Of a stretch of 64,000 nucleotides of DNA, positions 28,761 to 39,095 are shown one piece after another. Origin of the DNA: Bacteroidia bacterium. GTDB lineage: Bacteria > Bacteroidota > Bacteroidia > M30B66. A model generated the notes under the pieces. It saw nothing but the letters and a program-made list of their open reading frames with translations. It was not told the origin of the DNA and searched no databases. Position numbers and translations under genes: made by a program. The DNA is taken from assembly GCA_965279035.1 (NCBI GenBank), contig OZ257142.1, positions 3,872,001 to 3,936,000 on the forward strand. The letters run 5' to 3'. Each line of letters starts with the position of its first letter. The stretch's first letter is position 1.

Positions 28761-31700
28761 ATGAAACATTTTTACCGAATACTTTTTGTATTCCTAGCAT
28801 CAATTTTATTGAATTGCTTAATGAATGATGCTTCACTGAAAGCTCAGAATTCTCTTACTTTCACAATAAATATGGCTGGACAATTTGTTAATCCAGCAGG
28901 AATACATGTGGCAGGGAATTTTAATTCAAATGGCATGCTTTTGCCAGATTGGGACCCAAGTGCTGTTGGTTCTCAATTAACATTAATTCAAGATCAAGTC
29001 TATTCAATTACGCTTGAAAACATTTCATTCAATGCCGGAAGTAATCTACAATTTAAATTTTATAATGGGATAGAGATTGGAAATGCTGAATCATATATTC
29101 CAATTGAATGTGGAGTTGACAATGGCTCAGGGGGTGTTAATCGATTAATTCCTTTAAATGAAGGAAATTGGTGTTATTCAACTGTATTTAGTTCATCTGT
29201 TTGTGGTACTTATCAGGCAGTTGCTGAATTACCAAATGAACGATGTACTTCTGCAATTCCAATAGCATGTGGTGATGTTGTTTCAGGAACAACCACAGGC
29301 GCTTCCTATGCAGGTGTATGGTATAAGTTTGTAGGAGATGGAACACCCGTTACAGCATCAACATGTTCAAATGCCGATTTTAGCACATATATTTCAGTTT
29401 ATTACGGTTCATGTGAATCATTATCACTTATTGGAACAAACCTACCAGGCGCAAACACTGATGTTTGTGCAACAGGGAGCTCTTCTTCATTTTGCTCATT
29501 AGAAGGAGAAACATATTACATTTTTGTATTCAGTTACTTAGGAGAAACTGGGAATTTTGAATTAAGCATGAATTGCAGTCAACCCGCTATAGCAGAACCC
29601 TATCTTTCTATTGGTTATCAAAGTGGCAGTATCGAAATTTGTTCTGGTGGTTCTATTGAATTGGAAAGATCTTATTCTCAAAATTATCCCGGAACATCAC
29701 TACAATGGCAATCTTCTAGTGTTTCGGGTGGTCCTTATTCCGATATACCCAATGCGAATGAATCCCATTTAACTACTCCTCCAGAATCAGAAAATACATT
29801 CTATGTTGCAAAGCTATTATGTAGTGGATTAGAAACGAATTCAATATCCAATGAACTTGGAGTCTATATGGCTTCATCAGTTCAAGGGATTATATTTGCT
29901 ACATGGGATAATTCTAATGGATCAACAACTACTACCGACCAACCAATTACAGCCTGTTTAGGTAGTACTTTTCACCTTAATCTTTACAATCAAAATGCAG
30001 GTTCAATTATTCAATGGCAAAAATCTAATGTTAGTGGTGGACCATATACCGATATTGAAGGAGCTAATGGAAATTCCTTTATAACTCTGCCGCTTGATGG
30101 AGAAACCTATTATGTAGCTCATATTACTTGCAATGGATTTTCAGTTACGACAAATGAAATTGCTATTATTCCAGGAATATCTGGCGGATATATTAATGAA
30201 GGAGACTTTATTTTTGAATCTATTTTGTGTCTTGGTCAAACAACAACATTAAACTATAATGCACAAGTAGGTGTTGGGGAAAACATTCAATGGAAACAAA
30301 GTTCATCTATTGATGGTCCTTTTACAGATATTTCAGGTGAAAATTCGTTTTCTTTTAATACTCCTCCTGCTACTGATCCAGTTTTTTATATTGTTACCAC
30401 ATCATGTGGGGATTATTCATTTAATTCAACGCCTTATTCTGTTACAATCGGTGCTAATGCTGGAACTATCAATAACGTCAATTACTATTCAGATGTTTGC
30501 CCAGGCACAGAAATTTCGCTCTCTCACTATTATAACAATCCACTCGTAACATTTCAATGGCAACAATCAACTGTGAGTGGTGGCCCATACACCGATCTAC
30601 CAAACGGTATTAATCCAAATTCATATTCTGGCACTTTAAACGAAACCTCTTTCTATGTTGTTAAAGGTACTTGTGGAGAACTAGAAGGTTATTCCAATGA
30701 AATCCAAATAAACGCCTTGCAATCTCTCAATGCAGGATATTTAAGCTCGTATTCCAATTCACCTTTAGTTTGTGAAAATCAGTCAGCAAATTTTTCTTTT
30801 TATGCATCCTATAATTCGAATAATTCAGTAAGCTACCATCTTCAGGAATCATCAACTAGTGGCGGAGATTATACCGATGTTCCATATCAAAGCTGGCAAG
30901 GAGGATACGATTTCCCACACTATTTTAGTTCACAACCAATCACCTCGAATTCCTATTTTGTTGTAAAAGCTACTTGCGGTACGTTAACTAGTTATTCCAA
31001 TGAAACAGAAATCTCACTCGGTGTAAATCCTTTAACTATTTATTCTGGAAATCCTTCTGTTTGTGCTGGCGGATCTTCAACTTTATATTCCTATGGCGAT
31101 AGTAATGGAGATGTTTTTCAATGGCAAAAATCAACGGTAAGTGGTGGTCCATATGAAGATATTCCAGGTGAAAACGGACCAACTTTATCAAGTCCTCCAA
31201 TCAATGAAACAACCTATTTTGTTCTTAAAACTTCATGTGGCGATTTGTCTGCCTTGAGTAACGAAGTTCAAATAAATCTATATGACTTTGCACAAGCACC
31301 ATATATCTATAGCAATCAATATGGAAATAATATTTGTAGTGGCACTTCGTTAGACTTACTTTTAGGAGATACTTATCAATCAGGAGTAAGTTTTCAATGG
31401 CAGCAATCTTTAGTGAGTGGAGGTCCTTATACCGACATTCCAGGAGAAACCAATAGTGAATTAATTTCCGCTCCAATTATTGAAAATACCTACTTTGTTG
31501 TAAAAGCTACATGTGGAGAATTTACTGCATTATCTCAAGAAACTACGTATCAATTAGTGACTCAAACATCTGATATTTTCCCTTACACAATAAATAATTA
31601 TTCTCTTTCAAATGTTTGTCCTGATCAGCCAATTAATTTATATGGTTTTTTATTTTACGGTACTACCCTTGGAGCAAGCTTACAATGGCAAAAATCATCA

Positions 31701-34700
31701 CTAAGTGGCAGCAATTATGTGGACATTCCTAATGAGGTTTCTTCTCAATTAAGTAATTATTCAATCACAGAAAACACCTATTTTAATTTAAAGCTAAGTT
31801 GTGGAGATTTGTATGTTAACTCCAATGAAATTGGTTTTACCGTTGGTGCTCAGCCAGTCACTATTTCTTCATCCTCTAGTACAATTTGCGGTCAAAGTAG
31901 CTCTACGATTAATGCAGGTTATGAATATAATGCCTATGCTGAAAATCAATGGCAATATTCAACAGTAAGCGGAGGACCGTACATTGATCTTCCAGGTGAA
32001 AATAGTTATTCATTAACAACTCCTCCAATTTCTGAAACAAGCTATTTTGTTTTGAAAACTTCGTGTGGAGGTAGTGATGCTTTGAGTAATGAATTGGAAA
32101 TTCAAGTATATAATTATGCTTCTTCTGTTGGAATTTACGGTTTAACTGAAAATACCATTTGCAGTGGAATAAGTACAAATATTCAGGCCGATTTATGGGG
32201 AAGTCAAACTGGCTCAACGATACAATGGCAACAATCTAATGTAAGTGGAGGTCCATATACAGATGTTCCTAATGCAACTTATTCTTATTTCACAACTCCA
32301 CCAATAACTGAAACAACATATTATGTGCTAAAATCAACCTGTGGTGAGTTTAATGCTCTTTCTCAGGAAATAGTAGAACACGTGGTTTCTCAGTCGTCAG
32401 AAATAACTACTGGTTATATTTATAATAATGGTTTATCCAGTGTTTGTCCAGATCAACCTGTTTCATTATATCACACTGCATCTTATTATTATAATACAAT
32501 TACACCAGGAGCAACCCTACAATGGCAGAGCTCTCCTACACCAGGTAGTGATTATGTTGATATTCCAGGTGCAACAACTTTTTACTTAAACTCAACATTA
32601 GCCGAAAACACCTATTACACCGTAAAAGTATCTTGTGGAGATATTTATGCCAATACGAATGAAATAGGAATTGAAATTGGGGCACCACAAGCAAGTATTT
32701 ACCCTTATAATAATAATACTGTTGTTTGTGATCAAGGCAGAGTACAATTATATACGAACGACTATAATGCATTTTCAGAAATGCAATGGCAATATTCAAC
32801 CGTGAGTGGAGGTCCTTATACTGATATTCCAGGTGAAAACTCCACTTATTTAACCACTCCTCTTATTTCCGAAACTAGCTATTTTGTTTTAAAAACTTCA
32901 TGTGGCGGGAATTCTTCTATTTCAAATGAAATTCAAGTGCTAGTAGATTTAGTTCCTGATTTTATTACTGACTATAATCAGTATGTGTGTAGCGGAAGTC
33001 TATTTAGTATAGGAATCTATGTTAATCATGGAACATCTGGAGTTAGCTACCAATGGCAAAAATCAGCTATAAGCGGAGGGCCATATGAAGATATTCCTGA
33101 TCAAACATCGAATAACTTGAATAATTATTCTGTTTTTGAAAATACGTATTTCGTCCTTAAATCAACATGTGAAGGAAATTCTGTATTATCTAATGAAGTG
33201 CTTGTGCGAGTAGGAGATCAAATAGAAGAAGTAAATGCATGTTCCGGTTCAGGATATTATATATCTAATTATGGGTATATATATGAATCGGGACAATATC
33301 AATCTCAGATTTCTGCAACTAATTATTGTGGATATATCACCATTACCACCAATGTTACTTTCCACGATCCAATTACTACCGAATCTTATGCTACCATAAA
33401 TGAAGGGGAATCCTATACACTACCTGATGGTTATGTGGTTAACTATGCTGGTGATTTTTATTCCTATTCTCAAGGGGATTATGGATGTTATAATACGCAT
33501 ATAACACACGTACAAGTAATCGTCCCTTGTTTTGCAACTGCCGTTGTTGATTTCATTCCAGGATTGCAAAATAATGGCTCCTCTGTATCTGCAGCTAGAT
33601 TACATTCTGAAAAATCATTAGGAGCGCCCGAACCAGTAATAACCAACGATATCAATTTTGTGAGTCTTGGTTTTGGTGGTCAGCTTACACTCGATTTTGG
33701 TGGACCAATTGCCAATGGCGACGGAGCGGATGTGCATGTATATGAAGCCACATGGAATAATAAATCCTGCACGAACTATCCCGAAATGGCCGAAGTATTT
33801 GCTTCCCAAAATGGCTGCGATTGGATTTATGTTGGAACCGTTTGTACCAATGGAGGAGATGTAGATTTTGGTAATGCTATTTCTTGGGCTCGCTTTATTC
33901 GCATAAAAGACGTTTCCAATAAAGCCAGTTTCAGCGATTCCAATACCGATGGTTATGATGTAAATGCTGTTGCCTGCTTGCATGGAAGTGGTGCAATGGC
34001 AGATGATGGTCTAATTGCAGGTTCGATTCAGGATATCGTCTCTTATAGCCCCGGAAATCGTAAAAACGGAACGGCTGTTCCTGCTCCTCGTAATAATGCC
34101 AATAATGCCAAAGGTCCAGCTTCAGGAAGCGGAATCACGTTCGTTTCACTTGGATTTGGTGGTGAATTAATCGGACGATTCGATTATGTGGTTTTCAACC
34201 ATTTATCAGGTGCAGAACTACAAGTAATTGAAACATCCTATGGAAATCCTGCTTGTTCTTCTTATCCAGAAAGAGCTCGTTTTTATGTTTCTAAATTGGG
34301 TACAGATTGGGTTGATTTAGGTGTGCTTTGTCAAGATGGAAACCTCGAATTTGGAAGTCTCGATTGGGCACAATACATCAAAATTGTAGATGAATCACCA
34401 CTAAGTTCTGGACACTTTAATGGAACATCAGATGCATACGATGTGGACGCCGTTGTTACACTAGGTGGATGTAACCAAACTGCTCGTTTAACTAACACTC
34501 AAATGGATGTGATTGATATTCCAGAAGAGGAATTCTCAGTCAATTTGTATCCAAATCCTGCTTATGATTTCTTCCAAATTGAAGCAAATGGTTTAATAGA
34601 AAATGAACCTGCAACCTTGAGTATTTTTGATGCTACAGGACGCTTGGTTTTTTCTGAATCTCAAGTCCTTTCGCAAGGATTATGGACTAAGAGAATTAAC

Positions 34701-34781
34701 TGTGTTGATTATGCTCCAGGAATTTACATGGTGCAGCTTAAAACAACAAGCGGTCAATGGACACAAAAGTTGATTAAATAG
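28761..34781 (+). CDS. Giant repetitive T9SS-secreted surface protein (adhesin-like), 2006 aa
   Basis: Signal peptide, 13 repeats of about 90 aa with QWQxSxxSGGPYxDIP, two FVSLGFGG domains, CTD LYPNPA...IFDATGR...GIYMV...KLIK. Confidence 0.9.
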   Translation: MKHFYRILFVFLASILLNCLMNDASLKAQNSLTFTINMAGQFVNPAGIHVAGNFNSNGMLLPDWDPSAVGSQLTLIQDQVYSITLENISFNAGSNLQFKFYNGIEIGNAESYIPIECGVDNGSGGVNRLIPLNEGNWCYSTVFSSSVCGTYQAVAELPNERCTSAIPIACGDVVSGTTTGASYAGVWYKFVGDGTPVTASTCSNADFSTYISVYYGSCESLSLIGTNLPGANTDVCATGSSSSFCSLEGETYYIFVFSYLGETGNFELSMNCSQPAIAEPYLSIGYQSGSIEICSGGSIELERSYSQNYPGTSLQWQSSSVSGGPYSDIPNANESHLTTPPESENTFYVAKLLCSGLETNSISNELGVYMASSVQGIIFATWDNSNGSTTTTDQPITACLGSTFHLNLYNQNAGSIIQWQKSNVSGGPYTDIEGANGNSFITLPLDGETYYVAHITCNGFSVTTNEIAIIPGISGGYINEGDFIFESILCLGQTTTLNYNAQVGVGENIQWKQSSSIDGPFTDISGENSFSFNTPPATDPVFYIVTTSCGDYSFNSTPYSVTIGANAGTINNVNYYSDVCPGTEISLSHYYNNPLVTFQWQQSTVSGGPYTDLPNGINPNSYSGTLNETSFYVVKGTCGELEGYSNEIQINALQSLNAGYLSSYSNSPLVCENQSANFSFYASYNSNNSVSYHLQESSTSGGDYTDVPYQSWQGGYDFPHYFSSQPITSNSYFVVKATCGTLTSYSNETEISLGVNPLTIYSGNPSVCAGGSSTLYSYGDSNGDVFQWQKSTVSGGPYEDIPGENGPTLSSPPINETTYFVLKTSCGDLSALSNEVQINLYDFAQAPYIYSNQYGNNICSGTSLDLLLGDTYQSGVSFQWQQSLVSGGPYTDIPGETNSELISAPIIENTYFVVKATCGEFTALSQETTYQLVTQTSDIFPYTINNYSLSNVCPDQPINLYGFLFYGTTLGASLQWQKSSLSGSNYVDIPNEVSSQLSNYSITENTYFNLKLSCGDLYVNSNEIGFTVGAQPVTISSSSSTICGQSSSTINAGYEYNAYAENQWQYSTVSGGPYIDLPGENSYSLTTPPISETSYFVLKTSCGGSDALSNELEIQVYNYASSVGIYGLTENTICSGISTNIQADLWGSQTGSTIQWQQSNVSGGPYTDVPNATYSYFTTPPITETTYYVLKSTCGEFNALSQEIVEHVVSQSSEITTGYIYNNGLSSVCPDQPVSLYHTASYYYNTITPGATLQWQSSPTPGSDYVDIPGATTFYLNSTLAENTYYTVKVSCGDIYANTNEIGIEIGAPQASIYPYNNNTVVCDQGRVQLYTNDYNAFSEMQWQYSTVSGGPYTDIPGENSTYLTTPLISETSYFVLKTSCGGNSSISNEIQVLVDLVPDFITDYNQYVCSGSLFSIGIYVNHGTSGVSYQWQKSAISGGPYEDIPDQTSNNLNNYSVFENTYFVLKSTCEGNSVLSNEVLVRVGDQIEEVNACSGSGYYISNYGYIYESGQYQSQISATNYCGYITITTNVTFHDPITTESYATINEGESYTLPDGYVVNYAGDFYSYSQGDYGCYNTHITHVQVIVPCFATAVVDFIPGLQNNGSSVSAARLHSEKSLGAPEPVITNDINFVSLGFGGQLTLDFGGPIANGDGADVHVYEATWNNKSCTNYPEMAEVFASQNGCDWIYVGTVCTNGGDVDFGNAISWARFIRIKDVSNKASFSDSNTDGYDVNAVACLHGSGAMADDGLIAGSIQDIVSYSPGNRKNGTAVPAPRNNANNAKGPASGSGITFVSLGFGGELIGRFDYVVFNHLSGAELQVIETSYGNPACSSYPERARFYVSKLGTDWVDLGVLCQDGNLEFGSLDWAQYIKIVDESPLSSGHFNGTSDAYDVDAVVTLGGCNQTARLTNTQMDVIDIPEEEFSVNLYPNPAYDFFQIEANGLIENEPATLSIFDATGRLVFSESQVLSQGLWTKRINCVDYAPGIYMVQLKTTSGQWTQKLIK

Positions 34782-34798
34782 ATTTTTCTATTTCAAAC

Positions 34799-34834
34799 AA
34801 GGGCTTTTCTAGTATATCTAGTAAAGCCCTTTTT
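34799..34834 (+). terminator. Intrinsic terminator
   Basis: AAGGGCTTT-TCTAG...CTAGT-AAAGCCCTT followed by a T-run, shortly after the stop codon. Confidence 0.8.
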
Positions 34835-34901
34835 TATATATTCATAAAATCAAATTTTCAATTCGGATTAATTAATTTCATTTATGAATTAATTGAATAA
34901 A

Positions 34902-37043
34902 ATGGAAAACAATAAGAATACCTCTATATTAAATTTGTTTATAATCTTATTTGCTTGTTTCCTTTCATCAGTATCAAATGCTCAGCTTGAAAAAAATGAT
35001 CAGCAGATTGTTGATTCATTAATTCTTTCACTAAAAAACGCCCCAGAAGACACAAATAAAGCATCTACTTATAATAAAATCTGTTTTTCAATACTTGAAA
35101 TAAATCCAGATAATGCAATCTATTATGGTCAAAAAGGACTTGAACTTTCCATGCGATTAAATTGGAAACTAGGGATAGCCAAAATAAAAAATTCATTAGG
35201 AAATGCATATTCATTAAAACAATCCTTTTCAATTGCAATAGAAAATTATAATCAATCACTTGAACTTTTTAAAGAATTAAACGATCAAGCTGGAATTGCA
35301 CGTGTGCTAGGAAATATCGCAATTATTTATCGTTATGTTGGCAACATGGCAAAGTCATTAGATTATAATCTTCAATCATTAAAAATATATGAGGAAATAA
35401 ATGACTCCATTTCAATTGCTCGAATAAATGGAAATATTGGAATTGTATATGGAATAATGAAAAAAGATGCCATGGCTAATCTCTATTTCAAAAAAGCACT
35501 TGAAATAAATATCCGAATAGGTGATCAAAGAGGAACAGCACGTGAATATGGGCACTTAGCTAATCTTAATTTAAATTCAAACAATTTTGATCAATGTATT
35601 TATTACAATAATAAGGCTTTGGAAATATGGAATTCAATTGGCTCATTTTATAATATTGCCCTTATTTACGGAAATATAGGAGTTGCTTATCTCAATAAAA
35701 AAGAATACTCCAAAGCATTATCATATAATTCGAAAGCTCTTGATTTATATAATAAAATTCAAGATAATGAAGGTATCTGTAGAACGATATCTACTCGAGG
35801 TCAGATTCTACTTGAAATGGCAATTAACATAGATAAGATTGATATAGATGATAGTCTAAATAACAAAGAGAAATTATTATCTAAAACAAATGATTGCATT
35901 CAAACATCAATTGTACTTTCCCAAAAATCCGGAAATTTAGAAGACCAGTTATTTGCATATAATTTAGCATATAATTATTATGAGTATTTAAATGATTTTA
36001 AATCTGCACTTGCTAGTTTTAAAAACATTAAAACAATTAACGATTCCCTCAATTCGGTTGAAATTCAAAGCAAAATGGGAATGCTTGAAGAAAAGCGATT
36101 AACGGAATTAAAAGAGAAGGAAATTCAAATTCAGAAATTAGAATTAAATCGAAAAGAAAATCAGAAAAATGGCCTTTACCTTGGAATTAGTTTAATTACA
36201 CTCATCACAATAATTCTATTTTTTAGTAATAGAAGAAAGAGGAATGACAATAAAATAATCTTATCTCAAAAAGAATTGGTTGAAGAAAAACAACGTGAAA
36301 TATTAGATAGTATAGAGTATGCATTAAGAATTCAAACGGCCATATTACCTCCACAGAAAATTGTAAAGCATTATTTAGAAAATTCATTTATTCTCTATAA
36401 ACCAAAAGACATAGTAGCCGGCGATTTCTATTGGATGGAAACAGTGGATGATTTAATATTAATAGCCGCTTGCGACTGTACTGGTCATGGTGTTCCAGGT
36501 GCAATGGTTTCTATCGTGTGCTACAATGCACTCAATAGAGCCGTTAGGGAATTTAAATTAACTCAACCAGCAGCAATCTTAGATAAAGTAGCCGAAATAA
36601 TTATTGAGTATTTCAGTAAAAGCGAAAAAGATATTTATGATGGAATGGATATTTCATTTTGTTCAATAAATACTAAATCAAAAACTATTCAATGGGCTGG
36701 CGCAAATAATCCCATTTGGTTAATTCAACAAGGCGAATTCATTGAAACAAGAGGAGATAGACAACCAATAGGTATTTATGAAAACAGCAAGCCATTTACA
36801 AACCACATGTTTACTTTAAATAGTGGCGATAGTATTTATCTTTTTTCTGATGGTTTTGCCGATCAATTTGGAGGAGAAAATGGACAAAAAAAATTAACGA
36901 AAAAACGTTTTAAAGAGCTGATTTTATCTATCCAAGAAAAACCGATGTCTGAACAAGGAATTGCATTAGATACCTTTATGACTCAGTACCGAAATCACGT
37001 TGAGCAAATCGACGATATCCTAGTAATGGGCGTTACAGTGTGA
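34902..37043 (+). CDS. TPR-repeat membrane sensor with SpoIIE/PP2C phosphatase domain
   Basis: Signal peptide, TPR repeats, TM helix, YALRIQ.AILP, VAGDFYW, DCTGHGVPGA, DGMD, FSDGFADQFGG and QIDDI. Confidence 0.92.
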   Translation: MENNKNTSILNLFIILFACFLSSVSNAQLEKNDQQIVDSLILSLKNAPEDTNKASTYNKICFSILEINPDNAIYYGQKGLELSMRLNWKLGIAKIKNSLGNAYSLKQSFSIAIENYNQSLELFKELNDQAGIARVLGNIAIIYRYVGNMAKSLDYNLQSLKIYEEINDSISIARINGNIGIVYGIMKKDAMANLYFKKALEINIRIGDQRGTAREYGHLANLNLNSNNFDQCIYYNNKALEIWNSIGSFYNIALIYGNIGVAYLNKKEYSKALSYNSKALDLYNKIQDNEGICRTISTRGQILLEMAINIDKIDIDDSLNNKEKLLSKTNDCIQTSIVLSQKSGNLEDQLFAYNLAYNYYEYLNDFKSALASFKNIKTINDSLNSVEIQSKMGMLEEKRLTELKEKEIQIQKLELNRKENQKNGLYLGISLITLITIILFFSNRRKRNDNKIILSQKELVEEKQREILDSIEYALRIQTAILPPQKIVKHYLENSFILYKPKDIVAGDFYWMETVDDLILIAACDCTGHGVPGAMVSIVCYNALNRAVREFKLTQPAAILDKVAEIIIEYFSKSEKDIYDGMDISFCSINTKSKTIQWAGANNPIWLIQQGEFIETRGDRQPIGIYENSKPFTNHMFTLNSGDSIYLFSDGFADQFGGENGQKKLTKKRFKELILSIQEKPMSEQGIALDTFMTQYRNHVEQIDDILVMGVTV

Positions 37044-37140
37044 TCGAATTGCTAATTATTTTTCACCCATTATTGAATGAACAACTGGAAATAAATCAAT
37101 TAAATTTCGTTCAATAAAAAACCGAATCAATTCTTTTTTT

Positions 37141-37242
37141 GGGCGCCTGCTTTTTCCGCAAGCTACAAAAGCACCGGGCTTTACGCCTCTACTGCTTTTT
37201 CACCTTCGGTTCAAAAGCGGTAATGGCTGCAATCCCTGTCGC
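37141..37242 (+). ncRNA. Putative structured RNA or repeat element
   Basis: GC-richer island with hairpins TGCTTTT/AAAAGCA and TACTGCTTTT/AAAAGCGGTA, the second capped by a cUUCGg loop. Confidence 0.4.
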
Positions 37243-37273
37243 TTGACATTTTGCTAAACTATTACATTTTCAA

Positions 37274-37535
37274 CCTCGGACTAAAGTCCGAGGCTACTAG
37301 AACCAAAATCTCAAATTCTAGTTCTCATTGACATCCTCTTCTGCAAAATACCAATCTGCATCCTCGGACTTCAGTCCGAGGCTACTAGAACTAAAATCTC
37401 AAATTCTAGTTCTCATTGACCTCCTCTTCTGCAAAATACCAATCTGCATCCTCGTACTTCAGACCGAGGCCCCGAGGCCCTGAGTAGTCTACTACAAATT
37501 TCAAATATTCAGCACCCTCGGACTTCAGTCCGAGG
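37274..37535 (-). repeat. Second array of four GTAG-type REP palindromes
   Basis: Same 20-bp palindrome at 37274, 37362, 37450 (degenerate) and 37516; periods 88/88/66. Confidence 0.88.
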
Positions 37536-37553
37536 TCCAAATGCTGTATATTT

Positions 37554-38486
37554 TTACGTGTTTTTAGAGTTGCTATCCGTTTTTACGATATGCATCAACT
37601 GACGAAAATTCTTCTCCATTCCATCTGGAGAACCATCCAAGAAAATCGCATTTCCTTTTCCATTTTCTGCAAAATGCTTGATCGCTTCTGTCCACATCGT
37701 AAATAAAATCACCGATGTATCCATATCAGCTTGCTGCATTTCCTTCGCGGCTAAACTCATCCCCTTGGCCACCTCTTCACGGAAAAGTGCGACACCTTGT
37801 CCGCGTAATTGTGCCGCTTGACGTTCTGCTTCAGCTGCAATTTTAATCGCGTTTCCTTCGGCTTCGGCTGCTTTGGTTTTGGTGATCAATAATGCTTGTC
37901 CTTCGTTTTCGGCTGCTGCTTTTAAGTTATTCGAAGCCACCACTTGCGACATCGATTTCATAATCACATCATCAAACGTAATATCATTCAACTGTAAATC
38001 GATCAGGTGATACCCCCAACTTTCGAGTGTTTGGTCAATTTGATCTTTCACGTCAGAAACAATTTCACCACGTAAAACCAAGACCTCACTCTGCTTCTTA
38101 TTCGCCACAAAAGCCCGAATCGAGCCTTCTACCGTGCGAATTAATGCTTGCATCAAGTTGCGCTCATCAATGAATTTAAATGCTACATTTTTGATTGTTT
38201 CTTCATCCGGATTCACCACAGCAAAAAGCAACATCGCCTTGAAATATACATTCGCCTGATCTACCGTCACCGCCTGAAATTCCAGTTCCACCGAACGATT
38301 TTGTATAGAAACACGCTTGTATATCTGCTCCACAAAAGGCACCTTAAAATTCAGTCCCGGACGCATCATCCGTTTGTATTTACCAAATATGGTGGTTACC
38401 GCAATGGTTCCCTGCTGAACAGTTGCAAAAGATGTAAAGACGAATAAAATCGCCAATACAAGAAGAATGATGGGAATGAGGTTCAT
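37554..38486 (-). CDS. SPFH/Band 7 domain protein
   Basis: N-terminal TM, FGKY....PGLNFKVP, SPFH core, Ala/Glu-rich coiled coil. Confidence 0.92.
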   Translation of the reverse strand: MNLIPIILLVLAILFVFTSFATVQQGTIAVTTIFGKYKRMMRPGLNFKVPFVEQIYKRVSIQNRSVELEFQAVTVDQANVYFKAMLLFAVVNPDEETIKNVAFKFIDERNLMQALIRTVEGSIRAFVANKKQSEVLVLRGEIVSDVKDQIDQTLESWGYHLIDLQLNDITFDDVIMKSMSQVVASNNLKAAAENEGQALLITKTKAAEAEGNAIKIAAEAERQAAQLRGQGVALFREEVAKGMSLAAKEMQQADMDTSVILFTMWTEAIKHFAENGKGNAIFLDGSPDGMEKNFRQLMHIVKTDSNSKNT

Positions 38487-38490
38487 GGTT

Positions 38491-38645
38491 AATGTGCTAG
38501 TGTGCTGGTGAATAATGTGCTGATGTGTTAGTGTGCTGATGATTAGTTTGATAGTGTGTTATAGTGCCGAGATTATGTGATGATGTGCTGATGTGCTGGT
38601 GATTAATTTGCAGTTGTGTTAGTGAGCTGATGAATTATTAAGTGA
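38491..38645. repeat. Degenerate octamer array (TGTGCTGA-like)
   Basis: Repeated TGTGCTGA/TGTGCTAG/TGTGTTAG/TGTGATGA units. Confidence 0.75.
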
Positions 38646-38820
38646 TGTTTTGATGTTAAATCATGAAGAGATTTAAAGTGTGTAAGATATCAGATATACT
38701 GCTAATTCAAAAAGAAATTATTGGGTTTAGTTTATAATTAGAACTATTAATTAGTCATCAATTAAGATCTTTCAATAAAAATCATTTTTTACAAATTTCC
38801 ATTTCAATCGAATAAACGGC

Positions 38821-38884
38821 ATTGCCTAATCATCAAATCAATTAATTAGCACTTCATTTCACATCCGCACATTTCCTAATCAGC
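38821..38884. repeat. Complementary octamer array (TCAGCACA-like), part left of IS110
   Basis: TTAGCACT, TCACATCCGCACAT and CTAATCAGC; continues at 40099. Confidence 0.6.
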
Positions 38885-38900
38885 CTTTAGACTTGCACTA

Positions 38901-39080
38901 TTATTTTAGTTGAGATATCTTGACTGAAAATAAACAAAGAAACGGGGTGAACTATCTCATCAGCTAGGTCTTTAAATCCCTAAGGTGTGTATGAGTCCCC
39001 GTTTCCTTTAACCATGTTGTTAATGGCCAGCTAGAATTTTAGACTTCGAGATCTATTAAAGGTTTTAGCCAAGAGCAACA
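38901..39080 (+). ncRNA. Predicted IS110 bridge RNA
   Basis: 5' hairpin 38901-38933; target-binding loop closed by GAAACGGGG/CCCCGTTTC with guides CTCATCAGC and GGTGTGT; donor-binding loop closed by TGTTG/CAACA and GGC/GCC with guides CTAGAAT and TAAAGGT. Confidence 0.8.
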
Positions 39081-39095
39081 CTTAAAAACAAAAGT

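Noticed and set aside
29600-33200. Diversity-generating retroelement repeats in the giant gene
   Set aside because: Repeats are in-frame protein domains, I saw no adenine-specific pattern, and there is no reverse transcriptase
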